The notes under the pieces were generated by a model that saw only the letters and a program-made list of their open reading frames with translations, did not search any database and was not told the DNA's origin. 64,000 nucleotides of DNA from assembly GCF_018977255.1 (NCBI RefSeq), contig NW_024704743.1, forward strand, positions 114,330,001 through 114,394,000, given 5' to 3'. Each line of letters begins with the position of its first letter. The stretch's first letter is position 1. Both the position numbers and the translations under genes were made by a program. Shown here one piece after another: positions 25,531 through 38,580 of this stretch. The DNA is from Callorhinchus milii (Eukaryota).

Positions 25531-26860
25531 CAACAACAACAACAAATTACATTTGTATAGCACCTTTCACGTCGGGAGGACGTCCCAAGGCGCTGGACAG
25601 ACAGAGTTCAGGACCCGAGCTGGGGTTCAGGGTCAGTGAGGGTGGAGGGCAGGGGGGGAAGCAGGGAGATCGAAAGCACGGTCAAACAGGAGGGTCTTGA
25701 GATGGGTCTTGAAGGTGGCAAGGGAGGGGGCGAAGCGGAGGGACTGTGGGATGGAGCTCCAGAGGGTGGGGGCAGAGTGGCAGAAGGCGGGGGATGTGAA
25801 GCAGACCAGAGACCGCTGAGCGGAGGGAGCAGGCAGGATGGTAGGAGTTTAGGAGGTCGCAGAGGTAGGGGGTAGCAAGACCACGGAGGGCCTTGAAGGT
25901 GAGGACCAGGATCTTGAATTGTAACCTCTGTGTGATGGGAAGCCAGTGGAGTTGGGCAAGGATGGGGGTGATAGGATAGCGGAGCCTAGTATGGGAGAGG
26001 ACACGGGCTGCAGAGTTCTGGATGAGCTGCAGCCTATGGAGGGAGGAGTTGGGGAGGTCAACAAGCAATGAGTTTGCATAGTCAAGCCTTGATGTAATGA
26101 AACCATGTAGGAGGGTTTTGGCAGCCTGTGGTGTGAGACAATGGCAGAGCCAGGCCATGTTGCGGAGGAGGTGGAAGGCAGAGAAGGTCATGGCACAGAT
26201 GTGGGGTAGAAAGGATAGTTGAGGGCCAAACAAAATGCCAAGGTTCCAGTCTGGCTTAGCAACGTGGAGTGTGCGTCATGGATGGTGATGCTGTCAGCAC
26301 CTGAGGTGAGGAGGCACTGACAGGAACCAATCAGGAGAGCCTCGGATTTGTTGACGTTCAACTGAAGAAAGTTAGCTCTCATCCAGGACTTGATGTCTGA
26401 CAGACATTCTATCAGGACAGCAGTGGTCCTGGAGTCAAGGGTGGAGGCAGAGAGGTAGAGTTGGGTGTCATCCGCATGCATGTGGAAGTTGACCCCATGT
26501 CTGCGGATGATGTCACCAAGAGGGAGCATATAGATATTGAAGAGGAGGGGACTAAGGACAGAGCCCTGAGGAACACTGCACGAGATGGTGCGGGGGCTAG
26601 AGGAGAAGCTGTTTGTGAAAATGAAGTGGAGGTGGTGTGAAGGGTACGATCTGAACCAGTCAAGGACAGAGCATGAAGGTTGAGGTGAGAGGAGAGGCAG
26701 TGGATGAGGATAAAGTGGTCGACGGTGTCGAAGGCAGCAGAGAGGTCAAGGAGGACGAGGAGGCAGAGGGAGCCCTGGTCGCAGATGGACAGAATGTCAT
26801 TTGTCACTTTGACCAGGGCTGTTTCTGTGCTGTGGGTGGCACGGAAACCCGATTGGAGGT
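25531..26860 (-). mobile_element. 5'-truncated L2 LINE (RT domain to 3' end), with frameshifts
   Basis: [43 protein letters not shown] (YADD changed to HADD), SRLDYANSLL and LHWLPI, spread over three ORFs. Tail type A. Confidence 0.95.
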
Positions 26861-26949
26861 GTACCATATCATATCTTGTACCATAGTTAACTGTAAGCCA
26901 TATGCAAAAACTATATTTACTGAAATTTATGTTACCAGTGACTTAAAAT

Positions 26950-27455
26950 TGCTAAATAAATGTGATGCAGTAATCTGTTATTATTGGCATGAAGTTGCAA
27001 ATATGATTGATGGGGTAATGACAGATAATAAAAATGCAATTGAGGCCTAACAAGCTTGGTTTAATCTAATTTGTTACCACAGCAGATATTTATTTCATAA
27101 TGAATTCAGTGTCATTTGGGTGATCAGTCAGAATGTTTTTATATAATTACAACTTTCACTCAAGTAAAAATGTTAGTGCATGCTTGGCCAAAAGCTACAT
27201 GATGTCAGTCACCTTAAATCTATAAGCGCATTACAGATAGCACGCTGAACAAACTGTGGGTTGTTAATCTTAGCTCCAAAAACAGCACACTCAAACCTGA
27301 TTTCTTTAAATTTTTTATCACCGAATGAAATAAAACATTATTTTTAGGCAACCCTGACAGGTAAATTGATGGGCCTGCTAATTCTGTGCGATCAAATGCC
27401 AGCGGTGGTTTCCTTTGTCAGTTTCCCTGTGGAGAAACGTTTATTCACCTGGTTA
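26950..27455. promoter_or_regulatory. Candidate conserved non-coding enhancer with PBX-HOX and MEIS motifs
   Basis: No recognisable repeat. TGATTGATGG at 27004-27013 lies next to TGACAG at 27019-27024. A second TGACAG is at 27355-27360. Many TAAT cores and a CTTTGT site. Confidence 0.35.
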
Positions 27456-27830
27456 AGTAAGGTTAGGGGTAGAATTCCAGATATTCTGCACGCACCTGCC
27501 CACTCATTTTAACACTTGAGCTGTTAAAAAGGTTGCAAAAGGCTTTTTTTAAAAAAAATAAGTAAAAAGTTAATTTGCCAGCAAAAATCTGCCACGACCT
27601 TGTGGAGGCTCCAAACGTTTGTGAAAGTTGCTGCTAAAATAACGTGATGGCAATTCAAATCCTAAAGCTTCACTTAGAAACTTTATGTCAACAAATATTG
27701 ATCGCACTTTCAGTCATCTTTCCTCAGCTCTCACGCCTCAGCTCGGATGCCCAGCTGGCATTGTCATGAGCTTTCCGACGTTCTCCTGAAGTGAAAGGTG
27801 CTAGCTATACGTGTGAATTGTATTTGTATA

Positions 27831-28548
27831 CAACAACAACAACAAGATTCCATTTATAAAGCGCCTTTCACGTCAGGAGGACGTCCCAAGGCGCTGCACA
27901 GTTGGGTCAGGACCCGAGCAGGGGGAAATGGTCAGGGTGAGGGGAGGGAAGGGAGGGAGCGAGGAGGGGGGAAATGGTCAGGGTGAGGGGAGGGAAGGGA
28001 GGGAGCAGAGAGTCGAGAGGGGAGCTGAAGGCTCGGTCAAAGAGAAAGGTTTTGAGACCGGCCTTGAAGGAGGAGAGGGAGGAAGCAAGGCGAAGGCACT
28101 GGGGGATAGAGTTCCAGAGCCTGGGGGCTGAGAGGCTGAAGGCCCGACCACCGATGGTAGGGCGGTTGGGGCGGGGGATGTGGAGCAGACCGGAGCCGGA
28201 GGAACGGAGGGTACGGGCAGGTAGGTAGGGGATAGTAGGTTGGAGAGGTAGGAGGGAGCAAGGCCGTGAATGGCCTTGTAGGTGAGGATGAGGATCTTGA
28301 AATCAATCCTCTGGGGATGGGGAGCCAGTGGAGGCGAGCGAGGATGGGAGTGATGTGGTCCCGAAGCCTGGTGCGGGACAGTACACGAGCTGCAGAGTTC
28401 TGAATGACCTGCAGCTTGTGGAGGGAGGTGGCGGGAAGGCCGGCGAAGAGAGAGTTCCCATAATCCAGCCTTGAGGTGACAAAAGCGTCAACCAGGGTTT
28501 CAGCAGCGTGAGGGGTGAGGTAATGCCGTAGTCTGGCGATGTTCCGGA
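27831..28548 (-). mobile_element. L2 3' fragment of the same subfamily as the 35.3-kb copy, with a 46-bp-period duplication in its 3' UTR
   Basis: Very similar to 35271-35950. GGGGGAAATGGTCAGGGTGAGGGGAGGGAAGGGAGGGAGC occurs at 27921 and 27967. Confidence 0.95.
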
Positions 28549-28699
28549 TATTGAAATGTCTCCATTTAAAGACATTGTCACTATCAATGACTTGTTTGAA
28601 AGTTAAAGTGGATCTAAATCGTGGAATTGGGTAATGGGATAAATCCTCTGAGTCACATCAAACCGTGTGAAACTCTGCTTCCTACATGATCTACTTCTG

Positions 28700-28886
28700 T
28701 AATAATAATAATCCTTACATTTGATATAACGCCTTATCACGCCTTTGAGACGTTTCAAAGTGCTTCACAGAATATACTGTAAAGTGAATTGACTGTATAT
28801 TTGGTGGGTGAAACACTGCAGCCAATTGCGCATAGGAGGGTCCCGCAAACAGTCGTGGATTGAAGTGACCAACTTATTATTATTAA
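28700..28886 (-). mobile_element. 3' half of a tRNA-headed SINE
   Basis: Tail and body match the 3' portion of 24164-24531. Confidence 0.85.
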
Positions 28887-30594
28887 GGAATGGAGAACAA
28901 TGGGAAGAAATAATATCCTTTTGCTTTCCCTTATGTCTCTCTTTCTGATGGTCAGTCTTCTCTCCTGAAGGTACAGACTCATGGTTCCAGTCACCCTCCT
29001 GCACCTCCCTACAGTATGAACCTAAGTGAGTGGAGGCAGTCCTCATCAAAGATTTAAACTCGGTGCAGTCTTCGCCTGAAAGCCTAAAATTGAAAAACGG
29101 GCGGAATTTTTGAAATTTCTTGAATTCAGTCTTAATTTGGAAAACTGTTCTTAAAAATGAGCCGCAGGAAAGCAGTTTCCAACAACAACAACAAAGTACA
29201 TTTGCATAACGCCTTTCACGTCGGGAGGATGTCCTAATGCGCTGGAAATCAAAGATTTTTCCAGATCAAGATAGAATTTTTCTAACTTGTACACGGTCAT
29301 AACCATGAACAATCTGGGTGGCCTGATCCACGTGAACATGCTTTCCATCTGGGTCACTCAGGTGTTGGATATTCCTCTGCTTTTTCCTCTTGCTAACCCA
29401 CAAGCATCAAAACCAATTGTAATGCTGTACTGCTGCCCACACTAAGATCAGCTAACTCAGCAGAGACCAGGAAGCAAAGCCGAGACCCTCCATGTCTATA
29501 TATTTCCCCTTTTCACCCTACAGTAGATTAGCCAATTGTTTGCTTGTTTTCTATCCATCCAATTTTCCCTGTTCACCCGAAGGTATATTTGATTCCTCTT
29601 TCCATCTCCTGAGGGACGGTTCCAAACTCAAGTGATCAATATTTATGTGCCGACTGTTTGAAGGCTATTCAACTGCAGAGAGAGGTTAATATAAATGGGC
29701 ACATTACACAGCATTTTGCAATGATCTTTATCAATTCAGTTTCAATGATAATTAGTCTTTCAAAGTAGGTCAATTTAAAGAACACTTGAGTTATAACTTT
29801 AGTAGAAATAAACTTACAGTACAAGTTTTTATTTGTAAGTATTTTCTCAGACACATCATGTGAAATGTCACACTTGGGTAAACACAGAAATAACTTAAAA
29901 TTTCTGGGTTAAATTCCAGGTCTCACATTTCAAGGAAGAACAATGGGAGAGGGTGTCACTCACCTTGACATTTTTCACCCTTATATCCTGCAGGGCTCTA
30001 ACCTGGCGAATGCCTCTGACCCAAAGCCAGTTATTTTTAGAGCTTCCTGACTAGGTCTTGGTTGTGACCTTAGAAGCAGTCATAACAACCAGTCGATGTG
30101 CAAACATCATCCCAAACCTAACATAGGGTTAGTGGTTTTCTTAGCTTCCAGGAATTAGTTGAATGATTGGCAGATTTGCATTGCAATTTTCTGGTAAAAC
30201 AGGATAATGTTCTATACCAAGTCTTTAACAGTCTCAGAAATTATGGAAGATTAGTGCTTTTCAAATTCAGCATTAAACCACGCAGAACACTAAGGCCACA
30301 GGTTTGATCTAGTCTGTACTTGTGCTGAGTTCATTGATCTCACCCGGAGAATTATAATTTGCCTTAGCAATCCAGAGCTCCAAAGGGGAAAATCAGCCAA
30401 GGATTCTTGGTCCTGAATCACTATCCAGAGACTTCTGTTGAAGCAAACAGGAATGTGAGCATCGGGCTCCCAACAGCCTCCCAACACGCATTACTCCAGG
30501 AAAAAGCACTTTGGGATGTGAAGTGCAAGTCCTCCAGGAAACCTAATTTATATCACTGGTGAGTAGTCAGCTCTGAGTAGATCTAATAAATAGA

Positions 30595-31020
30595 TAATAA
30601 TCCTTGCATTTGTTATTGTGCTTTCATGTCAGGAGGATGGCTGAGAGCATTTCACAGGAATTGCTTTAAATTGTAGTGAATGTGCATTCTGTCGGTGAAC
30701 ATGGCAGCCAATTTGGGCAAAGTAATGTCCCTTAAACAGCCAAGAAGTGAATGATCAATTTTATTTGGGGGATTGTTGACCAGGGCAATGGGAGAAACTC
30801 CCTTCTCTTTGAGTAGTGCCACAGAATATCTAACGTCTACCTGAACAGCAAAACAGAACTTTGGTTTAACATCTCAGCTGAAGGACGACCCTCCAACAAT
30901 GTTGAACACCTCCCAGCACGGTATTGGTGTGTCAGACCTATGTGAATGCAAAGTCCTGTTGTGAGACTTCAACTCACAATCCTCTGATTCAGAGACTAGT
31001 GTGCCACCAAGTTAGGTTGA
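30595..31020 (-). mobile_element. Deu-domain SINE, near full length, decayed
   Basis: Head, core and tail motifs as in the 7325 and 10870 copies. Confidence 0.8.
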
Positions 31021-31639
31021 CACATCCTGAGCAGGAAGTGCTTTTCATGGTGCTAAGACCATTTCCGTTGTTCTTGTCCTGATTAACTCATTTTAGCTCT
31101 AATGGCATATGAGAGGATGTTGGATCAGAAGCCAAGCACTTCCCCACAGGTGGAGAGGGAAATATCAAGGGCAAAACAACCCTCAGGACACTCCTCTGCA
31201 ACCACTAGAGGCTGGTGTAAGAGTCACGTTGGGGAGCCTTGGAAACAAGCCAGTCTCAACTCTCCTGGCTGTGGCATTGAGGGGAAAGAGAGATTATTGC
31301 CCACATAGCAATACATTTCTTTCAAATCATAAAATCCATTTGAAATTGTATCATAAAGCATCTTAATGACTCTTTATGGTTGCATAAATCACTGCAGATT
31401 CATATTAACTGGAAAATGTATGGCAGATTTATGACCAATCATTAGTCTAACAGTGTAGGAGGTAGAAAGCCTATTTTAAATGTGACTTATAGCCTATATA
31501 TTTAGTTCACACAAAAATGTGGAACATGTCAGTGTAGCTTTGTTTGGTCAGATTTTTGTGGCTCAATTGGTGTTACTCTCGTGGTCCACCAATTCATTTG
31601 CTAATTTGTTGTCTCGGTTTGTTATATTGTTTTGAATTC

Positions 31640-31945
31640 ACACATTCTAGGCTGATAGTGTTTGGGAGTTTGCTGCATTGATGTTGGAGGTGATGTTCTT
31701 TGGATAAAATGTTAAAGCAAGGTTCTGTCTTGCACCTTACAGGTGGCTATTAAGAAAAGAGAAGGGAGTTTCTCCCAGTGTTCTGGCTGACAATTCCCCA
31801 AATAATATTGGTCATTCACTTCATAACTGTTTGAGGGACATTGCTGTGCACACATTGGCTGCTGCGTTTACCTACAAAATATATGGACATTACATTTTAC
31901 AGTAAATCCAGCAAAGTACTTCAAGACGTCTTCAACTGTAAGGAT
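31640..31945 (+). mobile_element. Deu-domain SINE fragment
   Basis: CTAGGCTGA, TGGAGGTGATGTTCTTTGGATAAAATGTTAAA, GGGAGTTTCTCCCAGTG, ATTGGCTGCTGCG. Confidence 0.75.
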
Positions 31946-32427
31946 TCTTCTTCTTCTGGGGATGTCTCCTTGTTGCTTGGTAGTCCAGCCGCTGCATGGA
32001 GGGACCATATCACAGGATACCTGTACTTCAATCTTGTGAGATCATCATTTGAATGCAGACTAGACTGCCTACTTCTGAAGACAAAAGAGATTGACTGTGC
32101 TCCAGCCTTGGGTCACTTTCACATTGTGTTGTTGATAGGATGATGGAACCTTGTTAATCTCACTAACTAAGCAACCAGAGGGCCCCCCACATGCCAGGCT
32201 GTGATTGGCTGAGTCACTTCCCATTTGCTGGAAGTTTTGGGACGAAAATGTACGCCTCTCCCGGAATATTTAAACTTCACTAAATCAGCACAAAAATCAA
32301 TCGTAAACTAACATTAACTCTTTCAATAGAATTTGAGGTTCTTGATTGGTGCCCAATGCCTACTATATAGGAACATTTACAAGTTGTTCAGCTGTTGATT
32401 CTTTGCACATATTGGTAAATAATAATA

Positions 32428-32757
32428 TAATAATAATCCTTGCATTTGATATTGTGCCTTTATCACTTCTTCAAGATGTCTCAAAATGCTTCGCAGAATA
32501 TACTACAACGTGAATTGACTGTATATTTTGTGGCCTAAATATAACAGCCAATTGCGGAAGCAGTATCCCACAAACAGTCATGGATTGAAGTGACCAATTT
32601 GTTATTATTTTTTGAAGGAACTATTACCCCTGGAATAACGATCCCTCAATCAATGAGCAACCAGGTTCCTACTTACTGCTAGGTAAACAGAGGCATTTAA
32701 CGAAGTAAGGAAACTTGCCCAACATTTCGTCTGGCCGAAAATCGAAACTGGAACTCT
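32428..32757 (-). mobile_element. tRNA-headed SINE, long form, 5'-truncated
   Basis: Matches 24164-24490. Confidence 0.88.
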
Positions 32758-34083
32758 CCTCTGTGACTTAATGGTGTCACTAGTACTGAACATCCAGCCA
32801 TAAGTTTCATTATAGAGGGCATCAGCCAAAGATCCAGGTTAACCTGAATTCAACAGATGATAGAAGCCTTGATCAAGAGAGCACTTTTCTATGGGACGTC
32901 CTTCCGATGTAATCCCGACGTAAGAATTCAAATGTAATCTTGTTGTTGTTGTTGTTGTTGTATGGTGTCATAGATACAGATCTTTCGCATTTGTTACTAC
33001 AGATGATCTTGCTTTAAAGTGATTGCTGAGCTTTTCTCAAAAGTTAAAAAGCAGTTCTGAGCTAAAGGAGAATTGAGACATCTGGCCTTGAAAGCTAGAG
33101 TTCCAAACATCCTATGGAGCAAGACTGACAGCGACTGACCAATGCTAATGGCTGATGCATGTATCCTGAGCATGCTGAACAGGCGCGAGGATTCATCAAT
33201 CTTTCCTCTCACTAAAACTCAATCTGATGTTAACCATGAAGAGAAGGTCCGTGAATCCTCAACTCATTTATCACACGGCGTCAAATGCTGGCAACTTAGG
33301 CCAGTTGCCAATGAGTGTGGCACAGCCTTAATATAATTTACAACCAGTGTGATGCATTTTTCTAGCCTACCTCCTTAATGAGATGCTGGAAATTGGCATG
33401 CACATGTGTGTTGCATCTTTTTTGGTTAGAGCCCAACATGAGGTCACTGTTGACAAAAACAATGAAGAAATAGGTGGACTCCCTGTTAGACAAAGGAGAT
33501 TAATGCAACCAAATTAATAGAGCCCCAACAGGTCAGCACCGTGCTGTCTCTCAGCTCTTCTGGAAGCCATTAGTCGGATGCTCTTTCCAAGGCTTTTGAT
33601 ACCTTTCTCATCCTTTAAGCATTTACCCCTGATATAATTTGGCCAAGGAGTTCATGCAAAGCTGTACAACAGAAAATATAAATCTCTCCTTGTTACAGTC
33701 CTTAAACGAAGGAGTGCAGCTTCAATATGAGGGTACTCTTAAACCAACTATTAAATACCATAAACCACTTGCATTATGTACAGTGCCTTTCATGTCATAA
33801 GGGCGTCTCAAAGTGCTTGACACGATTTACTGTAAAGTGTAGTCACTATGTATTCTGTGGCCAAATCATGCATCCAGCAGGACAATGTTGAGCATTCAGA
33901 CAATTCGAATAATGAAGTCAAACTTTCATCCACTGCTCTCTGATGCTGCGTAATAACAGACCTCTACGCTGTCCTCTGAGAGAGTTGATCACAATGTATT
34001 GGGAGGTAACACTACAGATGAGATGCTGAGAATTCTTAGCTCAACAATTAGCAAACAGCTGTGGTGAAGTGAAAGAAAAAGAG

Positions 34084-34127
34084 CACGCTCTCAAGTTTGT
34101 ACTAACCACGCTCTCAAGTTTGTACTA
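34084..34127. repeat. Perfect 21-bp direct duplication (period 23)
   Basis: CACGCTCTCAAGTTTGTACTA at 34084-34104 and 34107-34127. Confidence 0.95.
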
Positions 34128-34976
34128 TTTTACGATGTGAGGTTTTTTTTGAGCCAAAGAGAAAATTGATGTAGGTTTAACCCGTTATTGTTTGTATGTA
34201 TAGCTTGTCAGAGTAAATTAAGTCTATCCAGGGAACACAGTTCCATTCATTTTAGCACTTTCGTTTGTCAAATATTAGAAGCACCTTCTCCTCTGAGACA
34301 GAACTTATGGGTTCAAACCCGAAGTTGGGACTTTGAACTCACGTACATTAGGCTGATATTCCAGTTCAGGGCTGGGGAGGTATTGCATTATTGGAGTTGT
34401 CGTCGTTCAGATGAGTCGTTCAAGCCGAGGTCCCATCTGCAAAAAGAGATGATCGATTCTCTTGGCATCCTCCTACCCTCCCTGCCCTCCACCCTCCTTT
34501 CCTCCAATCCCCCCCTCTCCACTGCTTCTTGGGTCTAAATCTGTGACTGTCCAGCTCCTTGGGATGTCCCCCCGACGTGAAAGGCGCTACACAAATGTAA
34601 TTTTATATTGTATTGTATCCTGGTCAATAAATCCCAGATAAAATTGATCATTCACTTCATGGGTGTTTGTGGGACATTGCTTTTGACCTTAAAAGAAAAC
34701 TTGTCAACTGGAACATCACCAAAAAGATCATTCAATTTTAAACCCATACAGTCGAGTTCAGTATATTTACTGACCAGAGGGAATCAGACATTCAGGAATT
34801 AAATCAGATCGGTTGTTTTAAAAGTGTGCTACAAAAGGCAAACCTCAACCAAAAGTGACTTAAAAACAACATTCTGCGAACAAATGCCTGACAGAAAATC
34901 TCACTGACAGTGCCATCCACCTGCAGGAATAATGCAATTGTTGGGATACAGGAATGCAGGCAATATAAACACTTAA

Positions 34977-35108
34977 ATCACACTGAGCGACAGCCGGAAA
35001 CTGAATGCTGGCCAGCAGAAATACACCCGAACATCACACTGAACAATAACCAGCAGACATATACCCAAATATCACACAGAGCGACAGCCATCAGAAATAT
35101 CCCTAAGC
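34977..35108. repeat. Degenerate 38-bp minisatellite, 3 units
   Basis: Units resembling ATCACACTGAGCGACAGCCAGCAGAAATATACCC start at 34977 (with an 18-nt insert), 35033 and 35071. Confidence 0.75.
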
Positions 35109-35270
35109 ACCTTTGATACCTACTACACCTGTGCATCACATGACTGCCACCCAAAAAAAGAACAAACCTTTAAACACAAAGCGCTTAACTATTTACATTG
35201 CTTTCACTCCTTTCTTCCACACTCCAGTTACAACAGAGACTATATACACTGGCAATGGTAGACCACCAGA

Positions 35271-38200
35271 ACAACAACAACAAGATTCCATTTATTGAGC
35301 GCCTTTCACGTCGGGAGGACGTCCCAAGGCGCTGTACAGTTGGGTCAGGACCTGAGCAAGGGGGAAATGGTCAGGGTGAGGGGAGGGAAGGAGGGAGTGA
35401 GGAGGGGGTAGAGAGTCGAGAGGGGAGCTGAAGGCATGGTCAAAGAGAAAGGTCTTGAGACCGGCCTTGAAGGAGGAAAGGGAGGAGGCGGCGAAGGCAC
35501 TGGGGGATAGAGTTCCAGAGCCTAGGGGCTGAGAGGCTGAAGGCCCGGCCACCGATGGTAGGGCGGTTGGGGCGGGGGATGTGGAGCAGACCGGAGCCAG
35601 AGGAACGGAGGGTACGGGCAGGTAGGTAGGGGGATAGTAGGTCAGAGAGGTAGGAGGGAGCAAGGCCGTGAATGGCCTTGTAGGTGAGGATGAGGATCTT
35701 GAATTCGATCCTCTGGGGGATGGGGAGCCAGTGGAGGCGAGCGAGGGTGGGAGTGATGTGGTCCCGAAGCCTGGTGCGGGACAGTACACGAGCTGCAGAG
35801 TTCTGAATGACCTGCAGCTTGTGGAGGGAGGTGGCGGGAAGGCCGGCGAGGAGAGAGTTCCCATAGTCCAGCCTTGAGGTGATAAAGGCGTGGACCAGAG
35901 TTTCAGCAGCGTGAGGGGTGAGGTAGTGCCGTAGTCTGGCGACATTCCGGAGGTGATGGAAGGCGGTGCCAGTTGTGGCGCGGATATGAGGGAGAAAGGA
36001 CAGCTCAGGGTCGAACAGAACCCGAGGTTCCTGACTGGCTTTGAGAGGTGGAGAGTGCAGCCTTGGATGCTGATGCTGTCAGCGCCTGAGGTGCGGAGGC
36101 GCTGACGTGAGCCAATCAGGAGGGCCTCAGTTTTGCACACGTTGAGCTGGAGAAAGTTATCTCTCGTCCAGGACTCGATGTCGGACAGGCAGGCTGTCAG
36201 GACATCGGTGGTCGTGGAGTTGAGGGTAGAGGAGGAAAGGTAGAGTTGGGTGTCATCCGCATACATGTGGAAGTTAACCCCATGTCTGCGGATGATGTCA
36301 CCAAGGGGGAGCATATAGAGGGTGAAGAGGAGGGGACCGAGGACAGAGCCCTGAGGGACACCGCACGAGACAGTGCGGGGGCCGGAGGAAAAACCATTTG
36401 TGGAGACAAAGTGAAGACGGTGGGAGAGGTACGACCTAAACCACTCAAGGACAGGGCCTTGAAGGTTTAGGTGGGAGGACAAGCGGTGGAGGAGGATAGC
36501 ATGGTCGACCGTATCGAATGCTGCCGATAGGTCGAGGAGGACGAGGAGGCAGAGGGAGCCCTGGTCACAGATGGTCAGGATGTCATTGGTGACCTTGACC
36601 AGGGCAGTTTCTGTGCTATGGGCAGCACGGAAACCTGACTGAAGGGGTTCGAATAGTGAATGGTTGGAGAGGAAAGAGCGCAGCTGGGAGGCGACAACTC
36701 GTTCCAGGACCTTGGACAGGAAGGGGAGGTTGGAGATGGGCCGGTAGCTTGATAGCTGCGACGCATCAAGGGAGGGTTTTTTCAAGGTGGGAGTGATGGT
36801 GGCAGTTTTTAAGGGAATGGGAATAGAGCCAGAGGAGAGGGACAGGTTGACGATGTCTGTGATATGTGGGGCAAGGAGGTGGAGCTGGGAGATAAGGAGT
36901 GGAGTGGGGATGGGGTCAAGGGAGCAGGTGGTGGGTTTCAGGGATAGGATGAGTTTGGTGACAGAGGGTGGGGAAACGGGTACGAAGGTGTGTAGGGGAG
37001 GATGGGTAGGAGTCGGAGTGTGGGAGGGAAGGTGGTGGGTGGATGTTGGAGGGGAAGTGACCGCGGAGCGAATTCCCTTGATTTTGGATTCAAAGAAATC
37101 CAGCATCTCCTCGCAGTGAAGGTTGGAGGAGATGACCTGCGCGGGGTGGCGGGGGGACGGAGGAGTTGGGATGTGGTAGAGAACAGTAGCCTGGGGTTGT
37201 CCTTCGCCTCCAGGATTATCCTGGAGTAGAAGGACGATTTGGCCGAGGCTAGAGTGGAGCGGTAGATTTTGAGGAGGTCCAGCCAGATTTGTCGGTGGAC
37301 CGTTAGGCCAGATTTGACCCAGGTGCGTTCAGCGGCCCGCACCTGGCTCTTCAGTGAGCGGAGGTGGGTGGTGAACCAGGGGGAGGAGCGAGAGTAGGAG
37401 ACAGTACGGGAGGTGATAGGGGCAAGAGTGTCAAGTGTGGAGGAGAGGGTGTTGTGGAGGAGGGTGAGAGCAGAAGAGGGGTCGGTGAGGGTTGAAGGCC
37501 AGAGGGAGAGGAGTTCAGAGGACTCCAAGGCAGAGGTTTGGGATTGAGGGGGTAACTTCTTCCAGGGGCAGTAGAAGATGGTGGTGGGTCTGGTGGAGGT
37601 GGGGAGGGGGGTGGAGGTGGTGAAGGAGATGAAGTGGTGGTCGGAGACGGCCTTGTCTGTCATGGTGACATCCGAGACACTGAGGCCCCGGGTGATCACC
37701 AAGTTGAGTGGGTGGCCGTGACTGTGAGTGGGGGAGTTGATGTGGAGGGAGAGGTTGAGCGAGGAGAGCAGGGAAGAGAAATCTGAGGAGATTGAGCAGG
37801 AGGGGGTGAAGTGCAGGTTAAAGTCGTCCAGGATGATGAGGCGATCAGAGCAGAGGCAAAGAGATGTGAGAAGTGTTGAGATATCAGAGATAAAGGTGGG
37901 AGAGGTTTTAGGGGGCCGGTAGAGGAGGAGGATTTTAAGTGAGGAAGGAGGGGTGGGAGAGGGTGAGGTGCTCAAAAGAAGGGAAAGAGCCAGAGGAGTA
38001 GGGGGATAGGGCAAGTGGTGTCCTTGAGATAAGGGCAACACCACCGCCACGGCGGTTGGGGCGAGGGATGTGGTGGGAGGTGTAGCCGGGTGGTGTGGCC
38101 TCCGTGAGGGGGAAGGTGTCGCCTGGGGTGAGCCAGGTTTCCGTTAAGGCCATGATATCAACATTCTCATCAAGGATGAGATCGTTGATGACCAGGGCCT

Positions 38201-38580
38201 TGTTACAGAGGGAGCGGACGTTTTGTAGTCCGATGTGGAGGGAGCGGTTGACAGAAGGGTGTGTGGGAGGGGAGGGGGTCCAGGTTGTGAGGCAGGGGTG
38301 GGGGAAATGGGGATGAGGGAGGAGAGGTTGGCTCCCCGGGTCTGTGTCCGGGGTGGCTGGCGAGTGTGGTGGGGAATGGGGCAGTCGGTGTGGCTGCTGC
38401 TGGACAGCCAACGCCGAGTGCCATGGTGAGCCCGGCGGAGGATTCCCAGGCTGGAACAGAGGGAGGTTGTGGGAGGGTCAAGTGGGGATAGAAGGCGAGA
38501 GGGACGGAGAGAGAGGAGGAGAGAGCGGAAGAGATGCAGAGGGGGGAGGGTTTGGGGGTAGAGAGGAGGGAGGGAGGATA
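35271..38580 (-). mobile_element. Near full-length L2 LINE: APE endonuclease plus reverse transcriptase ORF, inactivated by about 4 frameshifts
   Basis: Leader LGILRRAHH..GANLSSLIPI. EN motifs QNVRSL, MALTETWL, GGGVALI, LLYRPP, DFN, PTHSHGHPLNLV, SDH. RT motifs [41 protein letters not shown]. Frame changes near 38280, 37940, 37145 and 36020. 3' stem-loop and (TTG)n tail. Confidence 0.97.

Noticed and set aside
28620..28641. Resemblance to the LF-SINE head (GTGGAATTGGGTAATGGGATA)
   Set aside because: Only about 20 nt, with no continuing similarity that I can confirm.
33532..33550. REST/RE1-like TCAGCACC half-site
   Set aside because: The GGACAG right half is absent in canonical orientation and spacing.
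35292..37106. 604-aa ORF as a host gene
   Set aside because: It is L2 reverse transcriptase and goes out of frame after RNLG.
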